Part shown: one piece after another, positions 8,545-15,701 of the stretch
Layout: every line of letters begins with the position of its first letter
Numbering within the stretch: the first letter of the stretch is position 1
DNA from: a virus
Lineage: Duplodnaviria > Caudoviricetes
DNA length: 25,300 nucleotides
IMG/VR virus record: IMGVR_UViG_3300028812_000228
Coordinates: 1-25,300 of that record
Strand: one strand, 5' to 3'
Notes under the pieces: model-generated
What the model saw: the letters and a program-made list of their open reading frames with translations, nothing else
Databases searched by the model: none
Told to the model about the DNA's origin: nothing
Position numbers and translations under genes: made by a program

Positions 8545-8612
8545 CCGAGCCCGACCGTACGGACACGTTCGTCTGGGAAATCGAGGACGTGGAGTGGGAG
8601 GACGACGAATGA
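8541..8612 (+). CDS. 23-aa acidic mini-protein (MTEPDRTDTFVWEIEDVEWEDDE), candidate ART inhibitor
   Basis: ATGA overlap with the ART stop at its 5' end and ATGA overlap with the next start at its 3' end, filling the gap exactly. Below the ORF-track cutoff. Confidence 0.65.
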   Translation: MTEPDRTDTFVWEIEDVEWEDDE

Positions 8613-8824
8613 CCGTCGGACCCCGCAGCCAGTGCAACGCCTGCCGCCACCTGAAGCCGAAGGCGAACCTGGACGACCCGTTCACCTGTACCGCCTTCCC
8701 CGAAGGCATCCCTGACGCGGTGTACGGCAACGAACTCGACCACCGCCAGCCGATCGCCGGTGACGGTGGTGTGAGGTTTGCCGCGAAGCCGGGAGACCAG
8801 TTCCCGGCCTACGCGTTCGAATAG
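8609..8824 (+). CDS. Small Cys/His metal-binding protein (CxxC...C-x-AFPEGIP...DH), candidate immunity protein
   Basis: 71 aa from ATG 8609 with a GGGAGG SD. Motifs CNAC, CTAFPEGIP, DHRQP. Sits between the toxin-like gene and a terminator. Confidence 0.75.
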   Translation: MTVGPRSQCNACRHLKPKANLDDPFTCTAFPEGIPDAVYGNELDHRQPIAGDGGVRFAAKPGDQFPAYAFE

Positions 8825-8847
8825 ACGTCCAGCACGAGCTGGATCTG

Positions 8848-8874
8848 AGCCCGTCTCGATTAGGCGGGCTTTTT
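8848..8874 (+). terminator. Intrinsic terminator
   Basis: Stem agcccgtct / aggcgggct (9 bp, one G-U), loop cgatt, followed by a T-run. Confidence 0.75.
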
Positions 8875-8877
8875 CAT

Positions 8878-8966
8878 GCCCCGCAGCCGTAACGGCGGGG
8901 GCTTAACCGCGCCTCGCAGCCGCAATGGCGGAGGCCCGATCCCGCAGCCGCAACGGCGGGGATGGG
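8878..8966 (+). promoter_or_regulatory. Three tandem conserved hairpins in the scaffold 5' leader (putative cis-regulatory RNA)
   Basis: Core GCA-GCCG-YAA-YGGC-G occurs three times (8878, 8911, 8939), each closed by a different complementary 5-bp stem: gcccc/ggggc, gcctc/gaggc, atccc/gggat. Confidence 0.75.
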
Positions 8967-8975
8967 AAGTCACGA

Positions 8976-9947
8976 ATGTCTGACGAAGAAGAGTACGACG
9001 AGGCCGACGACACCAGCGAGTGGCAGGCCGAGGCCGGTAAGTGGAAGCAGAAGGCCAGCGAAGCCGAGCGGGCTGCCGCCGAGAACGCTGGCGCTGCCGC
9101 ACGTTTGGCCGAGCTCGAGAAGGCCACAAGCGGCCAGGCGGACGAGCACGCCGAGGCGTTGAAGGCGGCCAAGGCCGAGGCCGACGAGGCAGCCAGGGCC
9201 GCCGAGGAGCGCGGTGACAAGACGGCCGCCGAATGGCGGGCCGAGGCGGAGAAGTGGAAGCAGCTGTCTCAGAAGAACGAGCAGCTGGCCAAGCAGAACC
9301 TCGCCGCAGCGCGGCGACTCGAGAAGCTCGATGCCGAAGGCGCCACGGCCACCGAGAAGGCGGCCAAGGTCAAAGCGGCGGCGGAAGCCCAGACGGCGGA
9401 GACCAAGGCCGACCTTGAAGCGAAGGCCACCCAGGCAGAGTTGAAGGCGGCCCGGCTCGCGGTCGCCCAGGAACTCGGCGTCCCCACTGCACTGATCGAT
9501 CTGCTTTCCGGTGCGTCGAAGCGGGAGATCGAGCAGTCGGCGGACAAGCTGCTCCGCGAACTGGCCGCCAACAAGCAGCCCGAGCCGGAGACGGTCCAGG
9601 CGGCCGAAGTGCAGCAGAAAGCCAAGGAGGACGGCGAGCTCGCAGAGGCCCGCAAGCTTCTGGTCGAGGCGGAGATCAAAGCTCTACGCCTCGAGGTCGC
9701 TACCGACAAGAAACTCCCATCGGGCCTGGCTGAACTGCTGAACGCCCGCACCCGCGAAGAGCTGGAGCGTCAGGCCGACGCGCTTGTCACCGCGATCGGT
9801 GGAGTCAAGTCCGCTGAAAGGCCAACTCGCGGGCGCATGCCCACTGAGCGGTTGCGTTCCGGCGCGCTGCCTGAGGGCGCCGGCGACTCTGACATCGATC
9901 CCGGCAAGCTCGCCGATTCGATCCTGGGCCGGAATCGCGGCTATTAG
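8976..9947 (+). CDS. Capsid scaffolding protein (internally duplicated)
   Basis: 323 aa from ATG 8976. Acidic N-terminus, WxAEAxKWKQ coiled coil and RLxVA...LP..L.ELL....EEL...AD.L helical motif. Immediately upstream of the major capsid gene. Confidence 0.85.
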   Translation: MSDEEEYDEADDTSEWQAEAGKWKQKASEAERAAAENAGAAARLAELEKATSGQADEHAEALKAAKAEADEAARAAEERGDKTAAEWRAEAEKWKQLSQKNEQLAKQNLAAARRLEKLDAEGATATEKAAKVKAAAEAQTAETKADLEAKATQAELKAARLAVAQELGVPTALIDLLSGASKREIEQSADKLLRELAANKQPEPETVQAAEVQQKAKEDGELAEARKLLVEAEIKALRLEVATDKKLPSGLAELLNARTREELERQADALVTAIGGVKSAERPTRGRMPTERLRSGALPEGAGDSDIDPGKLADSILGRNRGY

Positions 9948-9950
9948 ACA

Positions 9951-9974
9951 ACCACGGCAAGAAACCGCCGTGGT
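9951..9974 (+). promoter_or_regulatory. Stem-loop between scaffold and capsid genes
   Basis: Perfect 8-bp stem accacggc / gccgtggt with an 8-nt loop and no U-tract. Confidence 0.5.
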
Positions 9975-10001
9975 CAACCAAGAAAGAAGGGTTAACCGAC
10001 C

Positions 10002-10868
10002 ATGGCGTTCTTGACCGCCAAGGGGATCGCCCGGACGGGCATCGCCCTACTCACCCGCACCCTGGTGCTTCCGATGACTGTCACCCGCCTTCCGGGTGAG
10101 GACTTCGCCGGTAGCAACGGGGACACCATCACCGTTCGCGTGCCGCAGCCCGGCACCGCCCGGACCCAGTCGTCCGCCGGTACGCAGATCGACTACGACA
10201 CGATCTCGGAGACTCCGGTCGACGTGACGCTGGAGCACCTGTACCACGCCACCAAGGTCACCGACGAGTCGATGTCGTTGGAGCTCGAGAACTTCGCTGA
10301 GCAGGTCACCCGGATCCAGGCCGCAGCGGTCGCGACCCGGGCCGAGGACCAGCTTGCCGGGGTGATGAACACCCTTGCGATGGACCTGTCGATTGCGTCC
10401 GGCGGCACCGACGTCGAGAGCATCGTGCTCGAGGCCCGCGAGATGCTCGGCGAGGCTGACGTGCCCAGCGGCGATCGCTACCTTGCCGTATCGCCCTCGG
10501 TGGCGACGTTCCTGCTGAAGCTGGACAAGCTCAGCCGAGTCGACGCGTCTGGCACGTCCACGGGGCTGCGCGACGCCATCATCGGGAAGTTCTACGGCTT
10601 CATCTGCGTGGAGTCGAACGGCCTCACGGCCGGCACTGCGGTGGCTTACCACTCGTCAGGGTTCGTGTTCGCGAACCGGACCCCGGTGACGCCGCGAGGC
10701 GCGGCTGACTCGGCGACCGCCACCGAGGGCGGCGTCGGCATGCGGCAGATCTTCCAGTACGCGCCGGACTTCCTGTCGGACGCTTCGGTCGTCTCGACCT
10801 TCGCCGGTGCCGCGCTCGTCGATGCTGACCGCGTCGTGAAGATCACCACAGGTGGCGCGTCGAGCTGA
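10002..10868 (+). CDS. Major capsid protein (HK97 fold, P22-coat-like family)
   Basis: 288 aa after the scaffold. Motifs GDTITVRVP, VPSGDRYLAVSP and LRDAIIGKFYGF. Ends in TTGGASS. Confidence 0.9.
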   Translation: MAFLTAKGIARTGIALLTRTLVLPMTVTRLPGEDFAGSNGDTITVRVPQPGTARTQSSAGTQIDYDTISETPVDVTLEHLYHATKVTDESMSLELENFAEQVTRIQAAAVATRAEDQLAGVMNTLAMDLSIASGGTDVESIVLEAREMLGEADVPSGDRYLAVSPSVATFLLKLDKLSRVDASGTSTGLRDAIIGKFYGFICVESNGLTAGTAVAYHSSGFVFANRTPVTPRGAADSATATEGGVGMRQIFQYAPDFLSDASVVSTFAGAALVDADRVVKITTGGASS

Positions 10869-10913
10869 CGCACCCCCAACACCCAATCCCGCGCAACGGA
10901 ATGGAGGAGGGCC

Positions 10914-11273
10914 ATGGCTCTCACCTACAGGAACACCATCAGGAAGCACGTCGTCACGGTGGCTGAACCGGCGGACATCCTGGCAGCGGCAGAGGTTGAG
11001 GCCGAGCGCCTCAACCGTCTGGGCACAAAGGACGGCCGCCTCGACGCTGAGCGGCTTATGGCCAAGGCTCAGTCCCAGGCACGCCACATGCGGCAGACGT
11101 TGACCAAGATGGACCAGTCCCGCAGGTGGGAGCGGTACGCACCGCCTCCCGTTGTGCCGGCCTCGCCGCCGCCCTCCGAGGCCCTGGTCCCGGAGGCTCC
11201 GGCGGCGAAGGCGACCAAGGCCGCCCCCGTCAAGGCGGCGGCCAAGGCCGACCCGGAGATCGAGGCAGCGTAG
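10914..11273 (+). CDS. Hypothetical protein with Pro/Ala/Lys-rich C-terminus
   Basis: Strong GGAGGAGG SD. Its stop abuts the next GTG. No recognisable domain. Confidence 0.75.
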   Translation: MALTYRNTIRKHVVTVAEPADILAAAEVEAERLNRLGTKDGRLDAERLMAKAQSQARHMRQTLTKMDQSRRWERYAPPPVVPASPPPSEALVPEAPAAKATKAAPVKAAAKADPEIEAA

Positions 11274-12338
11274 GTGCGCGTCCTGGCGATGACGCACGCC
11301 TACCTGCCAGGCCATTGCGCGGGCGCGGAGACGATGCTGCACGGCATGCTCCGCGCCCTCGTGGTCGCCGGTCATCAGGTGGACATGACCCTGTCCGTGC
11401 AGACCGGGGAGCCGTACGAGATCGACGGCATCCAGGTCCACCCGCGGCAGGGCAAGAAGGTGTCGCTCGACCTGCTCATGGCCGCGGACGTAGTAGTCGC
11501 CCATCTGGCGAACACGCCGCCGGCGGCGGCGCTGGGGAAGTGGAACGGCAAGCCGGTCGTCATCATCAGCCACAACAACTTCCGCGCCAACTACAAGGCG
11601 ACCCTGGCACCGCAGGGCCACGTCTCGCTGATGGTGGTCAACTCGGAGTGGATGGCCGACGACCTACGCGAGTGGATCGCCCGGCAGAAGCCGCGGCGGA
11701 TCGGGCCCGTGCCGCAGATCATCATTCACCGACCCGTTGTGAATCCGGCCGAGCACGCCACGGCCCCGGGTGACCGGGTGACGCTGGTCAACATCAGTAA
11801 GGACTTCGACGCCCCGGACGGCCACGTGACGGGCAAGGGCGGCGAGTTGTTCCGGCTCCTCGCCGAGCAGATGCCGGGCACGCCATTCCTCGGGGTGACC
11901 GGAAGCTATGGGCCACAGCAGGACATGACGGGTCTGCCCAATGCGGAGGTCCTGCCGCACCTACCGAACAGCCAGATGCGCGACCGGGTGTGGGCGCGCA
12001 CGCGGGTGCTGCTGATGCCCAGCTCGTACGAGTCGTGGGGGCGTGTCGCGTCCGAGGCGCTGTGTTCCGGAATCCCGGTGATCGCCAACCCCACCCCCGG
12101 CCTGATCGAGAACCTCGGCGACGCGGGCATCTTCATCGACCGCAACGACACGGACGCCTGGGCCGCGGCGATCCGCGACCTCGCCGACCCGGCCGTGTAC
12201 GAGGCGGCCCGCGCCCGTGCGCTGGCCCGCGCTACGGAGCAGCAGCGTCTACACCTCGAGGACGACGAGAGGTGGTGCGCCAGTGTCGAAGCCCTCGGTG
12301 GCCGTCGTCATTCCATGGCGGACCTCGCGCACGCATAA
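11274..12338 (+). CDS. Glycosyltransferase, GT-B fold (GT4-like)
   Basis: MRVLA...H.Y.P...GAE N-terminus and LLMPSSYESWGRVASEALCSGIPVIA (E-x7-E). Confidence 0.92.
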   Translation: MRVLAMTHAYLPGHCAGAETMLHGMLRALVVAGHQVDMTLSVQTGEPYEIDGIQVHPRQGKKVSLDLLMAADVVVAHLANTPPAAALGKWNGKPVVIISHNNFRANYKATLAPQGHVSLMVVNSEWMADDLREWIARQKPRRIGPVPQIIIHRPVVNPAEHATAPGDRVTLVNISKDFDAPDGHVTGKGGELFRLLAEQMPGTPFLGVTGSYGPQQDMTGLPNAEVLPHLPNSQMRDRVWARTRVLLMPSSYESWGRVASEALCSGIPVIANPTPGLIENLGDAGIFIDRNDTDAWAAAIRDLADPAVYEAARARALARATEQQRLHLEDDERWCASVEALGGRRHSMADLAHA

Positions 12339-12969
12339 ATCGCGCCGGCTCGAGCTGTGCCGCACCGCCCTGCGTGAAGCCCTGCCCGACGCCGAGATTT
12401 CGGCCTTCGACTCCGGACATCAGCCGTTCAACCGCGCCGCATCTCGAAATGCGGGCGTGGCGAACAGCCACGGCGGCGCGGACATCTTGGTCGTCTGCGA
12501 CGGGGACGCGATCGCCGAACCGGAGCCGCTGCGCGACGCGATCGCCGCAGCTGGTGACGGGAAGCTGCACCTGCCGTACACCGCCGCCGTGCTGTTGTCG
12601 CAGCCCGGCACCGACGCTGTTCACGCCGGCACCGACCCGGCCCAGGCCGACGTCTGGCACGCCAACCCGAACAGCGTCGGCGGGTGCGTGGTCATCACGT
12701 ACGAGTCATGGCGTGCAGTGGGCGGCTGGGACGAGCGATTCACCAATTGGGGCTTCGAGGACACCGCCTTCTGGGCCGCCATGGACACCATGTTCGGGAT
12801 GGTCCGCCACGACGGCGCTCTGTTTGATCTGTGGCACATCGACAAGCGCGGCATCGGCTCGCCGCAATGGCAGGCGGGCATGGCCCTTTGCGACCGTTAC
12901 ACCGATGCGCGAGGTGACCAGCAGGCCATGCGGGCACTGATCGAGGAGCGGCTATGCGCGTCGGCGTGA
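12283..12969 (+). CDS. Glycosyltransferase, GT-A fold (GT2 / GT7C-like)
   Basis: VAVVIPWR, FNRAASRNAG, DGD (DxD) and VGGWDERFTNWGFED. GTG 12283 has a GAGGTG SD and overlaps the upstream gene by 56 bp. Confidence 0.88.
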   Translation: MSKPSVAVVIPWRTSRTHKSRRLELCRTALREALPDAEISAFDSGHQPFNRAASRNAGVANSHGGADILVVCDGDAIAEPEPLRDAIAAAGDGKLHLPYTAAVLLSQPGTDAVHAGTDPAQADVWHANPNSVGGCVVITYESWRAVGGWDERFTNWGFEDTAFWAAMDTMFGMVRHDGALFDLWHIDKRGIGSPQWQAGMALCDRYTDARGDQQAMRALIEERLCASA

Positions 12970-13973
12970 CCGGTGGAGCGGGGTTCATCGGCGGCCACGT
13001 CATCGACGTGCTCTACGAGCGCGGACACGAGGCGGTCGTCTTCGATCACCGCGGCCGGCCCGGCCCACGTGTCGCTGACGGGTTCGTGCCTGAGCGGATG
13101 CTCGGCGATACCCGCGACGAAGTCTCGGTGACCGAACTCGCCGCCCACGTCGACGGGATCATCCACCTCGCCTCCGTCCTCGGCACCCAAGAGACCGTGT
13201 TCAACCCTCGGCCCGCCGTGATGACGAACGTCATCTCCGGCATGAACGTCTTCGAGGCCGGCGTCCAGTACGACCTGCCGGTGGTCAACATCGCGGTCGG
13301 GAACGCCGGCTTCTCCAACCCCTACTCGGCCAGTAAGACGTGCGTCGAAACGCTCGGGCACATGTACGTCCGCGACCGCGGGCTGCGGCTCAATCAGGTC
13401 CGCCTGGTGAATGCGTACGGTCCGCGCCAGTCGGTCGCCGCACCGTACGGCACATCGAAGGTGCGCAAGATCACGCCCGCGTTTGTGTGCCGCGCCCTGA
13501 CCGGCGCCCCGGTCGAGGTCTACGGCGACGGCAAGCAGGTCTCGGACATGGTGTGGGTTCGCGACGGCGCGCTCGCCCTGGTGCTCGCGCTCGAGTCCGC
13601 GGCTGCCGGCACGGTGGTACCGCGGGTGATGGAATGCGGCCCGCTCGACCACACTGCAGTCGTCGAGGTTGCCGAGCTCGTGATCGCAGAGGCGGAGAAG
13701 CTGACCGGCCGGCGGTCGGAGATCGTGCACCTGCCGATGCGGCCGGGTGAAACACCCGGCGCGTATGTCACGTGCGACCCGGAAACACTGGGCCCGATCG
13801 GCATGGACCCGGCCGACCTGAAGCCACTCGCCGAGGGCATCGCCGAGACGGTGCTGTGGTACGCGCGGAACTGGCTGCCACGGTGGCGCGCCGAGACGCC
13901 ACAACCCTGGTGCGTCGAGCAGCGCCGCGGCGACTGCGGCTGGTGCAGCCCGGCATGCAGGGACTTGGCGTGA
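12954..13973 (+). CDS. NAD-dependent nucleotide-sugar epimerase/dehydratase (extended SDR)
   Basis: TGGAGFIG, IHLAS, YSASK (YxxxK), NAYGPRQ and VYGDGKQVSDMVWVRD. Confidence 0.93.
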   Translation: MRVGVTGGAGFIGGHVIDVLYERGHEAVVFDHRGRPGPRVADGFVPERMLGDTRDEVSVTELAAHVDGIIHLASVLGTQETVFNPRPAVMTNVISGMNVFEAGVQYDLPVVNIAVGNAGFSNPYSASKTCVETLGHMYVRDRGLRLNQVRLVNAYGPRQSVAAPYGTSKVRKITPAFVCRALTGAPVEVYGDGKQVSDMVWVRDGALALVLALESAAAGTVVPRVMECGPLDHTAVVEVAELVIAEAEKLTGRRSEIVHLPMRPGETPGAYVTCDPETLGPIGMDPADLKPLAEGIAETVLWYARNWLPRWRAETPQPWCVEQRRGDCGWCSPACRDLA

Positions 13974-15010
13974 GCATCGCGATCGTCACCGGCGCCGGCG
14001 GGCTGATCGGCGCCGAGACCGTACGCCACTTCGCGGGCCTCGGCCTTGATGTGGTCGGTGTCGACAACGACATGCGCGGCCAGCTGTTCGGCCCGGACGG
14101 GTCGGTCGCTGGCAGCGTCGCCGTGCTGCGGGGCCTCGACCGGTACGTGCACTATGACGCGGACGTCCGCGACCACGGGCGCCTATCGTCGATCCTCGCC
14201 ATGACCGGCCGTGACACGTCGCTTGTGGTGCACTGCGCGGCCCAGCCGGCGCACGACTCGCCGGACCCGCTGGTCGACTGGGACGTGAACGCCACCGGCA
14301 CCGTCAACGTCCTCGACGCCGTCCGCCGACACGCACCCGACGCCGTGGTGGTCGTGCTGTCGACGATCAAGGTCTACGGCCAGCAGCCCAACGAGCTCCA
14401 CCTGCTCGATAACCGCACCCGCTACGAGGTGGTCACCCGGACGGCCTACTACGACGGCATCGACGAGACCATGTCGGTCGACGGGTCGGCCCGGTCTGTG
14501 TTCGGCGCGTCCAAACTGGCGGCCGATCTGATGGCGCAGGAGTACGGGCAGACCCTCGGTCTGCGCACGGTCGTGCTCCGGCCCGGCTGCCTTACCGGCT
14601 CCGCCCACGCCGCCGTCGAGGCGCACGGGTTCCTCGGGCACCTCGTCCGCTGTGTAGCCACCGGCCGGCCGTACCGGATACAGGGCAACGGCAAACAGGT
14701 CCGCGACCAGGTCCACGCCGCCGACGTCGTGTCCGCGATCGAGCAGATTTGGCGGGATCCGCCGGAGGCGGGCGAGGTGTTCAACCTGGGCGGCGGACGC
14801 GGTACCGAACTGTCAGTGCTCGAGGCCGTCGCCCTTGCCGAGGAAGTGACCGGCCTAGCCGCGAAGGTTGAGCACGTTGAACCACGCCACGGCGATCACC
14901 GCTGGTGGGTCACCGACACCACCAAGCTGCAGCGCCGGTACCCGGCTTGGTCGCCGACCCGGACAGTACGGCAGCTGGTCGAGGAGATCGCGGACCGGTG
15001 GCTCCCATGA
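13970..15010 (+). CDS. NAD-dependent epimerase resembling the CDP-paratose 2-epimerase (RfbE-like) subfamily
   Basis: GTGA overlap start. Motifs TGAGGLIG, DNDMR..LFG, HCAAQPAHD, STIKVYG, FGASKLAADLMAQEYG, GCLTG, HGFL and GKQVRD. Confidence 0.88.
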   Translation: MSIAIVTGAGGLIGAETVRHFAGLGLDVVGVDNDMRGQLFGPDGSVAGSVAVLRGLDRYVHYDADVRDHGRLSSILAMTGRDTSLVVHCAAQPAHDSPDPLVDWDVNATGTVNVLDAVRRHAPDAVVVVLSTIKVYGQQPNELHLLDNRTRYEVVTRTAYYDGIDETMSVDGSARSVFGASKLAADLMAQEYGQTLGLRTVVLRPGCLTGSAHAAVEAHGFLGHLVRCVATGRPYRIQGNGKQVRDQVHAADVVSAIEQIWRDPPEAGEVFNLGGGRGTELSVLEAVALAEEVTGLAAKVEHVEPRHGDHRWWVTDTTKLQRRYPAWSPTRTVRQLVEEIADRWLP

Positions 15011-15699
15011 GCCCGACCTGGACGATCCTCGTCCCTACGCTTGGCCAGCGCCGCGAACTGTTGCAGCGGATGCTTGCCGGGCTCATGCCGCAGGTCGAGC
15101 AGGCGGCCGGCGCGGTCCGGGTGCTGGCCTACTGGAACAACGGTGAGAACAGCCTCGCCGACACCAAGCAGGCACTGCTCGACGCCACCGAAACGGATTA
15201 CCTGTCCTTCGTGGATGACGACGACACCGTGTCCGATGACTACGTCTCCGCGATCCTCGATGCGCTGCGACGCGGCCCGGACTATGTGGGTCTGAAGTTG
15301 CAGGTGTACGAGAACGGCCGGCCGTTCGTCTTGTCCCATCACAGCCTCAGCCACGGCGGGTGGATCAACGAGGGCGCGCCTTATTACCGGCGTGACATCA
15401 CCTGCGCAAACCCGATGCGTACCGACATCGCCCAGACGGCGAGGTTCGACGTCGTTTCCCGCGGCCAGGCCGAAGACGTCCCATGGGTCACCCAGTTGCG
15501 CGACGGCGGCCTCCTCCGCACCGAGGTGTTCATCGACCGTGTGCTCTACCACTACTGGTGGGTTCCGTCCCAGTCGGCGTGGATGGCGCCGAAGAGCCAG
15601 ATCCGTCGACTCGACTCCAACGGTCAGCCGTGGCAGCCACTGGCCGTCGACTCACCCCACTTCGCTTGGCACCCGGCCAGCACCTTGACGGAGGAGTAG
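15007..15699 (+). CDS. Glycosyltransferase, GT-A fold (GT2-like)
   Basis: ATGA overlap start. Motifs WTILVPT, YLSFVDDDD (DxD), AEDVPW and VLYHY. Confidence 0.85.
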   Translation: MSPTWTILVPTLGQRRELLQRMLAGLMPQVEQAAGAVRVLAYWNNGENSLADTKQALLDATETDYLSFVDDDDTVSDDYVSAILDALRRGPDYVGLKLQVYENGRPFVLSHHSLSHGGWINEGAPYYRRDITCANPMRTDIAQTARFDVVSRGQAEDVPWVTQLRDGGLLRTEVFIDRVLYHYWWVPSQSAWMAPKSQIRRLDSNGQPWQPLAVDSPHFAWHPASTLTEE

Positions 15700-15701
15700 C
15701 T

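Noticed and set aside
8878-8963. Triple repeat as a mini CRISPR array
   Set aside because: The units are separated by only 3-8 nt, with no spacer-length unique sequences and no cas genes.
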